Shown one piece after another: positions 13,201 to 26,281 of a stretch of DNA of 64,000 bases (its first letter is position 1; each line of letters begins with the position of its first letter). The stretch is taken from assembly GCA_963924565.1 (NCBI GenBank), contig OZ004611.1, positions 20,336,001-20,400,000 of the forward strand. Reading direction: 5' to 3'. A program made the position numbers and the translations under genes. This DNA is from Ascidiella aspersa (Eukaryota). The notes beneath the pieces were generated by a model. That model was not told the DNA's origin. It saw only the letters and a list, made by a program, of their open reading frames with translations, and searched no databases.

Positions 13201-16200
13201 GGAGAAAATTACTTACTTGACTTGACTTAAATTTTTTGGACAAATGACTTGGGTGAAACAAAGTGTTTTCATTAAGCGTTTTCATTATAAAATTTATTTA
13301 TTTATCTTAATTTTTTTGCTCGTACAACGCTTAGCTTGAAATATGTTAGGTTTTGGTTATTTTTAGTAGAGAGCGTTGCTCATAATAATCGGACTAATTT
13401 ACCAATTTTAATAGTTTAACGTTTGGTTTTTAGGACAAGAATTTGACTTGACTGGGACTTTAATTATTTAAAAAATTACTTGCTCACAACACTGGAATGT
13501 GGATTTTCGGGATGACAAATTTCGATGTTTTGGGCACGATTATCTGTAGCGTGATGATTTATCTAACTTCGAGGGTCAGTGTTATCCTAGTTGGCTGTTT
13601 ACGTGTAACATGAACTGGTAAAATGCCCTACTAATGTTAATCGGTGAGGTCATGCGTTAAAAGGACAACAGTTAAATCCGAAGGTCTGGCGTGAGCAAAA
13701 ATTTCCACAGAAATTGGTACTAAACGATTAGATCCGAAAACGTTATTAGCCAAACTGGCACCGCTTACCTCGTGGTTAAGTCTTTCCATGGTTAGGTTTC
13801 CCTGCACCGCAAGACCTGCATAAAAGAAAAAAAATTAAAGCCAGTAGATGCGCAGAGTTTACAGGTTGGGCGTATGCGATTAACAACTATTTTCTAACAA
13901 AAACAAAGGAATAAACCCCTACATGTTTACGGAGGCATTTGAGCTGAACGTCAGGAGTGGTTCTAGGTTTTACACTACCTATGGGTCGGATGCTTAACGA
14001 TTAGATTGCTACACGTAAAATTGTTCACCTTTTTTAACTTAGATGTGGTTCGCTGTACTCTGTTTTACGCTAATTTCTATCTTTACTGACAAAACTTTAC
14101 TGAAAAAAGAGAATTCGCAAAAAAATCAGCATAACCTGTTTAACAACCAGGGCTCAGAGTCGGAGTTGGCCTCGACGGAGTTGCTTAATTTTTCTGGAGT
14201 CGGACTCGGAACTTGAGCAAGACAACGTAAGACGACCCGAGTCCCGAGTCCTGAGTCCGACGTGCGAATGCGCAGTACCAAATTTGAGAACTGATAACAC
14301 TGCTAACTGTAAATTGTAAAGCTTGGATGGCAAGTGGAATATTTTCCAATCATGTGTTTTTTGTGGATGAATTAAATAACACTCCTATAATTGTATTGCC
14401 AAATATCCAGCTTTTTGTGTTACATAAATGGGTGAAATACAGGCTGTATTGTCGGAGCCGACTCGGTAATCAACAAAATCGAACATTTTGCAGGAGTCGG
14501 ACTCGAGTTATTTTACCGACTCCTCATCCTCGTTAACAACTCATGATAACAGCAGCTAAAAATCAAACATACCTGCTTGCGAGATGTGCTGGTCGTATTG
14601 GGTCTTGAGCTTGTTCATGTCTTCCTGTAGCTTGGCGTTGCTCATCTGCTCGGCTTCGTAGCGCTGTTTTAGCTCGTTAATCTTGTCCTCGTATTCCTGT
14701 CAGTAGAAAAAAGGTACTGCAAAGCCTTCAAATCAATGTACGCCTTGCGTTAGGCGTAATAAAATCGATAACCTTGAAAGAAGTCAAGGAAGTCGCCCGT
14801 ATAATTAAACAGGTTAGTTCGACTTTAAGATCATTGGTCAGGGTGCTTTGATTTGGAAGTTATTTCGAAAAATATGCCTAATCAGGTTTTAGTTTGTTTT
14901 TATAGATGTGATCGGCTCACCATAGATATGTTAATATCTGTTTTTGAAAACACAAAAATAGGTTTAAACTTTTTCGGTTTAAAACTGGGTTCTTTGAACC
15001 AATGACTTGACTTTGCTAGTCATTAAGTTGGTTTCAAAACGGATATATTTTGTTAAGTGATATCACACCTAAGTATTCCTTAGAAATATATATAGGTCTG
15101 TCAAGTAATACCAAAAAAGTAAACTTAATATGTATTCAGCTTACCAATCTTGTTTGTTTGTCCTTAACAACAAAAGCGCCCTTACTATAGTTCGGGCGTT
15201 ACGCGATGTTAATGACATGTTTAACTTTCCAAAAACACACAAGTGATCAACGTAATGAGAATATCAAAGCCCATTCAGAAGTATCATTTTGAACGTTTCG
15301 AATAACTCTTTATTCATTTTCAACATAAATAGAGGGAAGGCATTGAATATGAGTTATTTCGAAACGTTCAAAATGATACCTATACTTCTGTATGGTCATT
15401 GATATTCTTATTACATCTTACTACAACCTCCAGCCATTATGCTCCAAAATAATCAACGGTTTTGGCTTTCGGGACTTACCCTTTTCATCTGTTCGGATTC
15501 CTCGTCATCCAGTGTTTGTCTTTCCTCGTCTGGCTCTGTCTGTGTGTCCGACCTTGATCGCTGTGAAGGTGACTGGCCCTCCAGGAGCGCTGCCAAACCA
15601 CGTTTCAAGTTAGGTTCAAAATAATCCAATTTTACGAGCTTTACGTTTGCCAACATGTTAAAATTATGTGTGCCGCGAAGTACGTCTGTAGCACTTTTTG
15701 GTGTCTCGATAAAGCACCTGTGAAATCTATATTTTGCAGTTTGGCACAATAATTTGTAACTTATTTGAAACCATAAAGCAATATAATTTCAACATTGTAT
15801 GTCGTGACGCAATTATTGCAAGTCGACTAATAAAATCTTTAAATTTGCTAAACGGAACACTCAGCCATAGTAAAGGTTCACAAATGTCAGTTACTGAAGT
15901 CGAACTAACGGCGGTTAAAATGATCTTACAACATACATTTTCTCAACACATCGTTCTGAATTTATGTTTTGAAAGATACGCAAAATAGCTCTTGTGGCTA
16001 CAGTTATGCAAACTCCTTGTGCATTATGGAAACATATCACAATTGACTGAACCGCTAATATTAAAATATGTATGCCTATTGCCTTAGTAATTCAAAAAAA
16101 TTACTAATGTGAGTGGTAGCAACTATAGTATAAGCTAAACGTTCTACTTGATATATTTGCGAACATTGAGTTAACACACCGCTCTTACTTAACCAAGCCG

Positions 16201-19200
16201 TAATTTAAGACAAGTATAGCGAGTTTAGTCAGACACGCATTAACGTCAGCAAATGTTCAGAGTATAGCTGCAGCAAATATTATAAGCGAAGATCGTCAAT
16301 TGCATATAGCGGGTAGCAGTATAAGCCTATTTCCAACATGAAACTAAACAGAAAATCAGATGACATAGGGAATACATGCCATCGTGTTGCCACAAAACAT
16401 AATTACAACGTCTAAATTTGAAGAAGTCTAAAAACGATCGTTCAGGGTACAACGAATCCGGTTGAAAACACCATATATTACTTCTTGAAGCTTGCTTCAC
16501 TTTTCGTGATTCGAAATTCAATATTGATATAACAGTTCAAGATTAGGATTTCTAAAACAAGTGCCCTAATTTATTCCATTTATGTTCGTAAAAGCTTTAA
16601 AAAACAATAATTTCTGCTCAGTTTGTGACAAAACGTAAAACTTGACTAAACTTTTAAAGCGGAAAACTATTTTATTTTCATTGTTTTATTAGCAATTATT
16701 CTAAAAATTCCTATTAAATACTTCAAACAAAGAGTCCACGGCTCTTGCATGAATAGTGAATACACGCGATATACATTTTTGTAGCTTATTTCCGCCTCTA
16801 AATCTGTAAATCTAAAGCAATCAATCATTGCAGTTTACTGTACATAAATCTGAGCATCTAACATTTACAGCGGATAAACTGCACAAAGCTGGAAATAAAA
16901 ATTGTCTGGCGCTTACGCCTTCCTTGTTTGGCCCGGGAAATTGGTAAAAAAGGAGAGGATCTTATTAATATTTAAAATCGGATGCCATGTGGCATGCTAA
17001 CACGAGAAGCATGAAAAGTAAACATACTATCAAAGAGATGATGTACTAGGAATTCCCCAGTAACCCAGTTTACTATATTTTAAGGAAACAAGCATTTCTG
17101 GTAACTGCACGCGATAGAACTAAAAGTTTAATATTTAAAGCCTAAGAATAATTGGTTTATTACAAATAATTCTGTGGCAAAGAGTGTAAATAAAAAAACT
17201 GTATTACCGTTAAAACTGTATTACCTAATATTATCTATAACTTTGACAGAAAGCACCAAAATTCTGTATAATATTTTATCAGTTATCACCCTATATTTCT
17301 TAGGTATTTTTGAATACACTAGCAAGGCGGAAATTCACCAAAAGTAAAGGAATAATTGTTATGTAAGCATTAGGCGACATAGGGTTTTTATCAATTTTCG
17401 GAAATGTTGTACAGTATACACCATGGTATTGCATGATGCGCTACATGAAGTTCAATAAGCCTGTTTCGTGGCCACAAAATTGCGGTACAATTTTGTAAAT
17501 TAGCATGCGTGAAATTATCCTGGGCATAGAGTTGGCAAATTGTTCTACAGTTTTCCGAAAATACGGATGTTTTGTGATTAATGGACTTAATCTGTGACCG
17601 CGCGCGTAACACTTTTTTCGCGAAGCATTTAAACCCAAATCCCCACCGATAAAGCGTGAACTAGCGACAGGTATTTCCAAAGGAAATCACCCACTCTGAT
17701 GCTCAACAAAAGTACGAAACAAACCGCTGGTGAAATTGGGGTCCGACGCCATCTCGTCTCCGAACATGGCTGCGACACGAGGCACAAAAAGACGGATTAA
17801 AGTTTAATGGAGTTGGGTTGTAAAAACTAAGATCAGATCTTTGTTGTATCAAGCACTAAGTTATCCCGGTATTTTATATGGCTAACATAAAGTGTATGCC
17901 ACATATTACACAGGGTTGCCACACAATTTTTTTGAAAATAATTCAAAGACATTTAAAGACTAAGAAAATTTGCAGGTTTTTAAAGAACTGTAATTAATAT
18001 AATTCACGAACAAAACAGTATAGATGTCATGGTTAACACAATTAAAAAATATTTTTTATGTTTTTTTTAACGGCACTTTTAAAACACATACATAACAAGC
18101 TGGACATAAAATAATTTCAAAGAATATTCAAAGGAAGATAAATTTACTGCTGTATTTTAAGATTGAAATATATATTATTTTTGTTGTTTTACATTTTTTT
18201 ATTCTAAAGCTCAAAACCAAGACATTTTCTGTTTGCGCATTGCATTCGTTTGGTTTTGTGTCGAACGAACAATAAAAATCAAACTTTCGCCTAAAAACTT
18301 TAGAGGTTCTAGCTAACAAGCACGATGAAATACTACATGCCAAAGAACCAGCTAATTATAAAGGAAATGTGCTGCTTATTATCAAGTAAAGTGTCTTAGG
18401 AAAAACAGATGTGTCTATTTCTGTGTTTGCTGGGTTTGTTTTAGTTTATTTCTAAAAGTGATTTTCTTAAATTTTGTCATTCTGAACGAGGAAAAAAACT
18501 CATCCATTCATTTATTCATTTTACAGAGATGTTTGACCAAAATGCGAATATAGTGTATTACCAATGGAATGGACATTATCTCCAAAAGTACACTGTAACC
18601 TACAGAAGTCTAGTAGCTTGTTTCCTACAGGGATGTCCGGTGCTAACTGATATGATCCCACACCAAATGGCGTGATTACTGTGCTTTTATATAATACAGG
18701 AAAGAAGTCTGATCAGACACGTAAAGTAGCCTAATGTATTTTTTTTAATGTATTTTAATAGGACAAAATTTTGTAAAAAAAATATATTTTTCGGTCAAAA
18801 TTTTAAATTGTTAGGTCAAAATGTCTTATCTTTTATTTTATTTTTTTCTTTTAGGTCAAAAATTAATCGCCCTACTGACACGAAAGAAGTTTGATAATAG
18901 AGTGCAGCAACGCTTTTACCTTTGATGCCGTCGGGTCCAAGCTGTCCGGCCAGCAGTCCTCTCAACTTCTTGATCTCCTCCTGGTATTCCCGCAAGAGGG
19001 CGTCCTTCGGATCCTCGTTGATGTGGGGTTTGTTCTTGATGTTCTTGGCGCGGTTCGCGTACCTAAAACAAGCAAAACACCCGGGTTTGGGCTCGCTAAT
19101 TTTGAGTTGCGTTTTAGTATTATTTAGGACCAACACAACTTGTTATAAATAGGTTCTCTCCTTTTTTGTTCTATCTTCGCGTTAGTTTTTTCAGTGTTTA

Positions 19201-22200
19201 GGCAAGGACTAGTGCTCTTACCGTTTCTGTCTTTAAACAAATCGTATTTTCAAGTGTTTTTAGGGTCATTAATATTCATTTCAATAGTTTTAACACCTTT
19301 CTTTCTAATTTTTTGTAAAAAAGTGACAATGACTTTTATGAAATCATGTTTTGTGAGTGCGCTTTTTAATATTTTGTTACTTTGTTCGAGGTCGAATTCC
19401 ATTGTCGGTAAATTTTAAAGCTTACTTGTCATTTACGGTCTAGTCATGGACCGAATATTTGTCGAAACTCCACATTTTGACATAAAAATCATACACACAA
19501 TTCAAAATAAATTCTACAAATACCAAAACCTTTGGTGAGCAAAGTCGTTTTGGAAACGTCGGGAAATTCGTTTTTGCAGCGAACAACATAGAACAAGTAT
19601 TTTTTAAACAGTCGACAAAGCCATAATACCGTGATAAACCATGTAATTCCAAAATTTGGTTGCAAGTATGTTAAATCGTTATTATAAAACAGTAAATTTA
19701 GCTAGCAAAGTATCCAGGAGCCTTCGAACTACAAATCCGCGTAAAAGTCCGTATACCTGAGCGTACTCAGCGTTTCGTCGTAGTTGTTGTCAGCGGGCGA
19801 GAGGCAGGCCACCATCAGGGTCTTGGTGTTGCCGCCGAGCGAGTCCTGCAGCAGGCGCGTAAGTTTGGAGTCGCGGTAGGGAATGTGCCTCGACTTGCCG
19901 TCCACCAGAGCCGAAATCACGTTGCCTGTGGAATTAGATAGGAGTAAGTTGAAGACATGTTCTAGTAGCGAAAACTGCTGTTTCGATCCTAAGCTTTCTG
20001 TTTTATAACTGCTCTGGGTAAAAAAGGGTTAGTCTCGTTTTCAGTTTTTTGAAACGTATTATGTGGCAAGAATGTTCTCAACCGCCAGGGCATGACCTGT
20101 TGGCTGTGAGTGTTCTGCAAATAACGCGGTCCATAGCTACATGATAAAGCTGAAATGGCAATAAATTGTACAAACGGCCCACAGTGCCGACTATTGTGCT
20201 TCACTCTATACCAGCGGTCTCTAAACAGGGGTCCGCGGACCAACTGGGGTCCGTACAGCAGTTTCAGATAGTCCGCAATGAGAATTAGTCTTAAAGTTTT
20301 TAAAAATATAAACATTAGTCATGTTTTAAACACTATCTGTCTTCGTTCTTAGTCTTTAGTTATGGTTTATTTTTCGATGACATAGCGTGTTTCATGATGT
20401 TTCTTGTGACATCATAAAGCATCTATTATGCTGTACTATACCTGCTATAAGCGAATCGTTCGCATTAGTTAGAAAGTTGTAACATTAGAAAAAATCCTGA
20501 CTGCACTAGTTGTACTACAACAAACACGGGTTAACTTACCCTTGGATTTTTATAGGGCCGCGAAGTTTCAAAATAATTGCAACGGGTCCACCAGGCAAAA
20601 TTTTTAGAAAAGTTTAGGAACCGCTGCTCTACATGGAGGTTTAAGATTTCAAGACCCAAAAGTAGACAAACCAATTTTCACTGAGTGTAGCTTACCAAGC
20701 GCGGACAAAGACAGATTGATCTTGGTGGCTTCCTTCAGTCGGTCTCCGGTGGCGCCGGTTTTCGATTGACGCTCGCTGCCGGCCAGATCGACCAGGTTCA
20801 ACTTTCCCGCACGAATGTGGTCGCCGCCGTCGATGCCTATCATTGGTCATGGCAGGTTTGAAAATAAACAAACACGTAATAAACGCCCAAAAAACGTTAG
20901 GCAACGGTGTTTTAGACCCCAAGGCAATAAAACATGATAAATCTAAACAAGTTGAACAGAACCACTTCAGTTTTACGAAAACAAAACAGGTCTAACATCA
21001 AGGCGATCAATTTCCGAACCAAAAAAGCAATGTGTCTTTGCAAAATACCACAAGGATTTTATTAAACAATTGTTTTAATAAAAAGGATAAATTTTAAACC
21101 CCATAAAGATTTTATCAAATGTGCCAAATAAGGATAAACAAATTGTTGATTTTAAAGCGAACTTTTTTAGAAACTATATGGAACAAATTTGAAATCGGAC
21201 TTTTGAAATTGTTATACAGTTTTAAAGTTCTAAATTTTTCATTCTTCAAACTACCTGTTTGGTAGTTTCAGTATTGATACCGCATTCTTTTACACAACAA
21301 AAAATATAGCTGCTTTGTTTTACTAATATCCGAACAACGATTATATGGAATTTGCTTTAGCAACACCTTGTTTACTGATTACAACATATGAACACAACAC
21401 ACAAAGACGAAAAACGTACCTCTAAGAAAATCCCCTGTATGCGTTCAACATATAGAATATTAATTATTTATTAGACAACTGAGAAACAGTAACACGTATT
21501 TCTGGTTTAATCCAAAATGCATCTTGTAAAAGTAAAACATATGCGTTTTGGAATACTGGTCAAATTGGGTTAACATGCAATATTATTTTTTCCTAAAGAC
21601 TAATTTATCGAAAAAGACTAATCGAAAATACTAATTTCCGTTTGAAAAAGGAATGATGTTCACACCACTGCGGGGTTTCTTAAAATTCGGTAAAATTTAA
21701 CAAAATAATGAAAAAAAATACAGGGAGTGGAGACAAAGCCGGACTCGGGACTCGACAAAGTCGCAAATTTGGCCGTAGTCGGACTCGGGCACAATGGTTT
21801 GCCCGGCTTGATAGTTTGGAGAAATAAGCCCCACACTCTATGCGAGGATTGGGGCAAATCCAAATTCACTTTACGCTACAATAGTGGAAAATTACTTGTC
21901 CCGTCATATCTTGTTAAACCAGTGGTTCCCAACATTTTTGTTGTCGCGACCCCCTTGCCAGTTCTTGCCAGAGAGTAGGCTAAAGGTGACTCAAAAACAC
22001 GACTAGTTCACTCAAGCAAATTCGTTAACGTAGTTCTTAGACTGGCACATTATTTTACTCCTTACAATGCCAATTTGTTTGCATTGTTTTGTTTCTTGTT
22101 CGGCAAGTAGTACACGGCGACTCCCCTGACAACCTATTGCGACCACCTTGTTGGTCGCGACCCCTAGGTAGGGAACCACTGTGTTAAACAGACAAAGGAG

Positions 22201-25200
22201 TAATACCCATGTCGCACGCCTCCAGGTAAATGGTGAAGATTGAGTGAGACCGCGACGAGTCGGCATTCATCAGAGTCGATCCAACCGTCCTGTTCTGCCA
22301 CCCAGTGGCCATGACGCGCTCGCATTCGGTCACGTTTCCCACACGTTGCATGTAAAGGTCCTTGACGTAGACGCCCCGGTCCGGGTGTTCTTTCAGCTTA
22401 AATAAGTTTAATTTTTTAGAAGGTTTATTTTTTTTTAAACAGGGGAAGTGAAGCTTTTCTTCTCCTATGACCTTTCCCAATAAAGCTCTAAAACTGTAAT
22501 GACTTTGTCACTGTTTTCAAATCACCTGACTTGTCTTTGTGCAAAAATATTTAACTTTACTTTCAATTGGTTTATGGTGTTTATTCTGCGGAATACTGTT
22601 TCGAATATAATGAATTTAATATTTTTATTATTTCAACAATTATTTTTGATGCCAATAACTTGACTTGCTATGGCAATTACTGGGACTCGACTTGTTATTT
22701 ATTGAAAATGATTTGACTCAGACTTGAGGTATTTTGCAAATGACGTGGCTGGAACTTAAATCATTTCAAAATGACTTAATTACAACTCTGCTTCTTGCTG
22801 ACATCTTAACAATTAAAAACACAACAAGAAACATTTGCTTTTAAATGTTAACCTAAAAATCCTGTTTAAAGAGAGTTAAATATAATTTGCCATATAAATC
22901 GTTATGGGCATCGTCCCGCCATAAACATAGAAAAACACATTTAAACACAAATTAAAACCAACTATAAATATTTACAAAACTGAATAAGAATTCTTTATCA
23001 GTGTTATTTTTTACGGTGACTTTCCGAAAATAAGACGTCTTAAATTGGGCAAATAACTTGCTAAGCTTGGCAATTTGTATTGAAGTTGATAAAAGAACGG
23101 TAGTAATTTTTTTTTAATTTTCCCCTTGCTTGTATATCTGGTTCCCTAGATGTGTTACACTTTACCACTACTGTATAGTAATGACAAGAGTGGTGTATAA
23201 AAAAGATATACAAGCAGAATATACATTTACGTTTTACCTCTAGCTTGTCTTTGATATTTTTGCTAAGCAAATCACGGACATCTTCATTGTAGATTTCTAA
23301 GTAACTGGCATGGACAAGGTATTTTGTGTTCTCCGCAATCTGTAGGAGTAAAACAAACAATTCGCATATTTTTAAAACAAAATACATTCTGGACCAGTGA
23401 TACTCAAACTTGGTGTAGCAGCACAGCAGTGTGCCTCATGAGATTCTCAAGTGTGCCAGGACAACTAATTTTGTAATTTAGGAAAGAAACTATTCACCTG
23501 AATGCACACTACTTTTTACTAAACTGATAACTATGATATTAACTTATTGCCTCGTGTATTAAATGTGATTGCCAAATTACAAAACTCGTTTTTGTAGAAG
23601 GTATGCCTTTTCATTTTATTAGTTTATGGGAAGCTAAAAAAGTTGGCGAATCACTATTTTAGGCAAGTATTCTCAACTTTTGGGAGTGAAAGCTTTATAA
23701 ATGAGAAAAACTATTTCTTAAAATACTATTTGACAAAAAAGACAGGATATTACAAAATGACTCACAGGCCAGTCAGCGTTATTACACATATACAAAGGAA
23801 CTACATTGTTGATGGGTAAACTGAATTGGCCCTAATTATACTCATATCAGATTACAAACGTCTGTCAGTGATGTAACTTTAGTTTTACATACTGATATTC
23901 TCAATCAAAGAACTGCTTCATGAGTGAACAGAAAATTAAAAAAACAAAGACCAAACGTTTCTGTCAACATTATTAGACTGATTAAGTATCATAAAAGATT
24001 AGCAAACTGTGTTAAAAATAATATAGAAAACCAAATAGTTTTAATGTCAATCATCAAAAAACAGAAAAAATATGTATAATTATGGGCCTACACTTATTTC
24101 ATCTTCATATCAAAAGAACTGTTTATTAGCAGCTAATATATAAAATATACTATTATTAACAACAACAGTTTCATATCTTAAATATCCCAATCCAAATGTT
24201 TAGCTATAAAAAGTTTCAATCAAAATAAATCAGTAAAACATTATCTCACTTCTATGCTCTCAAAAATATGCTGAAAAGCTCTCGGAATGACGCCACGCTG
24301 GGTTGGAGGGTCATCGACCCCTTGCATGCTGAACGACTTGCCACATCCAGTCTGACCATAAGCAAACACTGTCCCATTGTAACCTTCCACAACACCCTGA
24401 ATAAAACAAACTAATTAGGGAGGAATAAATACAAAAACATGAAATATTGTTTGGTAAGTTATAAAGGCTCTCACTTCACCCATTTTTGACAGCAAACTGC
24501 TAGTATATCGATTTAGGAACAGCTAATTGGGTAATAGAAAGGAAGCACTGATTGAATTATGTAACCAACATTTAATCATAAACCACACTGATCCAGTGTC
24601 TTAATGAAATTCCGGATAAATGATGACTACAAAGCTAACTTTTGTGCTAGCTACGGATGTCCGCAATTGCTAAAAAGTAGTGCCATAATTTTCATCCTGC
24701 TACTTCAATCTACACATACTAATAAACGACTTTATATTTATTTATAGATAAAGCCTTACAAAATGTATTAACACAAAAATATTTTTGTCTCTAAAAATTT
24801 TTATTTAAAAATGCATTATTTCCCCCCAAAATAATAAAAATCTTCTAAAGGCACAGGATATGGTTTAAACATTTACAAAGCAGATTTTTTTGTTTTTGTG
24901 CACAATTTTAATGACCAAAATAAATCTCAAAGTCTTCCTAATTCACCACCAAGTTATAGAATGAAAATAAATTGGTACTTGGAACCTTTTCAATTATCTC
25001 CTGTAGTGGACTTGACAGGATTTGGCAGGAAGCACAACGAACATACTTGTGCAGGATTGACCGCAAGTGTTTTTATCTGTTAGGATAGCATTGGGCCTTG
25101 ATTGTGCCAAAGTACCTGGCTTACTATTGTCGGACGTTTAAGGGCTTTCAAAAAGGGAGTGAGCTCTTAAAGTTTAAATTAGGAACTTAATTTGGTATAT

Positions 25201-26281
25201 CTAGAGATAAATTCTTACCTACAAAATATTTATAAAAAGAATACAAATACTTATAAAAATAAATTTGGAATAGGCATCTATGGTTTCAGATGTTATGAAA
25301 TATGTCCACACAATACAGCCATATGAGCATTTCAGATTATGCCTTTTTTCTCACATTTCTAGATTACCAAAGTGTCAACTTTCACACTACATACAGAAGG
25401 ATCTAGGTAGAAATAACAGACTATGAATTATTCATTCAACATTGTTAGCAAACCTATAGAACCAGATTTTGCACAAAGGGGGAAGAAAATTGAACAATAA
25501 ACAAGCATAGCAACACAGCACCAATGTAGTGTATTTTGTTAAATGAATTTATAATATTTATTTGTAAACAGCCTATGAATAACAATATTTGATTCATACC
25601 AGTTTTCAAGCAATTGATTTTGGAAAAGGTTTGAATGATTCAGATATGAATATAACTATTTTTTACACCTTTATATTTATACTACACAAAAACTTTTTTA
25701 CCATTTTTTTTATATTTTAGTAAGATTTGATGTCATTTAAATTCAAAGCAAAGAAAAAATACATCTACCCAAAGGAAATATTTATTTTCATATAGTACAT
25801 TTGCTATATACACAAAATGTGTTTTTTTTAACTGAAAGTGAGTTGAGCATTATCACCAACCTCCACAAGCGGATATGCAATGTCATTGTAAATTTGCTCT
25901 GTTGTTGAGTCAACATAGTAAGCACCGTCAAAAGTAAATTCCTTTGGATTCTGCTCAGAACCTGGCTTTCTGATGGAACACTTTCCCATATCTTCAAGCA
26001 TGTCAACAATAGTCTGTTTAGAAAGAAATGAAGAACTTAAAATTAAAGGTGATTTGGGAAACATAATTTCATCTTATTTTTGGATTTCAATAAAAAGCAC
26101 ACATTAAAAAAAACGAAAGTTAAAATAGTTTTTTGATTAAATAGAGATGAAATTGATTAAAGACGCAATAAATAACAGTTGAATCTAAAAAGAATAAACA
26201 TGACAATACCGTGCAGTTCAACTTTTTCTCTCTCTGGTTTAGAGGCCGGCATCTTACTATCACCTTTACTGCCTCGGCCAT
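1237..26281 (-). CDS. KIF17: Kinesin-2 family homodimeric motor KIF17/OSM-3, spliced, 22 coding exons, about 1002 aa
   Basis: Hand-assembled exons, all GT-AG and phase-consistent: 26281-26210, 26013-25861, 24396-24250, 23339-23238, 22396-22207, 20836-20696, 19925-19757, 19062-18920, 17769-17725, 15589-15480, 14696-14573, 13815-13769, 13104-12814, 12013-11951, 11014-10931, 10113-9968, 8955-8736, 7657-7547, 6408-6258, 4523-4426, 2494-2362, 1505-1237 (sum 3009 nt). Motor motifs: [21 protein letters not shown]-loop [75 protein letters not shown]. Tail motifs like KIF17: [24 protein letters not shown], ending [27 protein letters not shown]. Stalk exons (17.7-10.9 kb) are less certain than motor and tail exons. 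Confidence 0.95.
1927..2151. mobile_element. MITE with GCCCGTTTACACT termini (PIF/Harbinger-like) and (CAGCT)n repeats
   Basis: 13-bp perfect TIR extended by imperfect arms; AGCTC pentamer run at about 2070-2095. Confidence 0.65.
2562..3460. mobile_element. Non-autonomous hAT transposon (899 bp) nested in another hAT MITE
   Basis: TIR CAGGGGTCCG(G/C)AAATAC; perfect 8-bp TSD CTCTAAGG (2554-2561, 3461-3468). Host element starts CAGTGGTTCTCAAC at 2525 and resumes at 3469. Confidence 0.85.
5166..6105. mobile_element. Non-autonomous DNA transposon with 8-bp TSD (hAT-like, 940 bp)
   Basis: TIR CAGGGTT(G/A)CCA; perfect TSD CCTATATT (5158-5165, 6106-6113); subterminal GTGCTTATTT repeats at both ends. 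Confidence 0.85.
6536..6809 (+). mobile_element. tRNA-derived Pol III cassette (SINE-like) enclosed by ~40-bp imperfect inverted repeats
   Basis: A box TAGCTCAGTTGG, perfect T-arm GTGAG-TTCGAAC-CTCAC, T7 run at 6685-6691. Inverted repeats 6536-6576 and 6728-6767. 24-bp direct repeat at 6687-6710 and 6786-6809. Confidence 0.7.
8200..8453. mobile_element. Degenerate hAT MITE
   Basis: CAGTGTTT...AAGTACTG ends; TSD GCTTAGCA/GCTTAAAA; internal GGGTGAA repeats. Confidence 0.6.
8981..9264. mobile_element. hAT (Charlie-like) MITE
   Basis: TIR CAGTGATTCCCAAACT / AGTTTGGGAACTACTG; perfect TSD CCATACAG (8973-8980, 9265-9272). Confidence 0.85.
13124..13494. mobile_element. MITE of a GACTT-rich family (CAGTGTTGT...ACAACACTG)
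   Basis: Terminal inverted repeat plus many GACTTGACTT motifs. Related pieces near 4.15-4.33, 7.73-8.13, 9.27-9.93, 22.5-22.8 and 45.1 kb. Confidence 0.7.
14148..14532. mobile_element. hAT-like MITE with GGAGTCGG/CCGACTCC subterminal repeats
   Basis: Perfect TSD TTAACAAC (14140-14147, 14533-14540); same family as 51867-52182. Confidence 0.75.
15252..15415. repeat. Imperfect palindrome (~57-bp arms)
   Basis: GTAATGAGAATATCAA...GTATCATTTTGAACGTTTCGAATAACTC mirrored at 15351-15415. Confidence 0.75.
20212..20626. mobile_element. hAT MITE
   Basis: TIR CAGCGGT..CTAAAC; TSD CTCTATAC/CTCTACAT; GGGGTCCGCG subterminal motif shared with 61146-61695. Confidence 0.7.
21920..22181. mobile_element. hAT (Charlie-like) MITE
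   Basis: TIR CAGTGGTTCCC; perfect TSD TGTTAAAC (21912-21919, 22182-22189); GTCGCGACC motifs. Confidence 0.85.

Noticed and set aside
16917-16960. Extra KIF17 micro-exon with GTAAGC donor
   Set aside because: 44 nt breaks phase between the flanking phase-1 exons.
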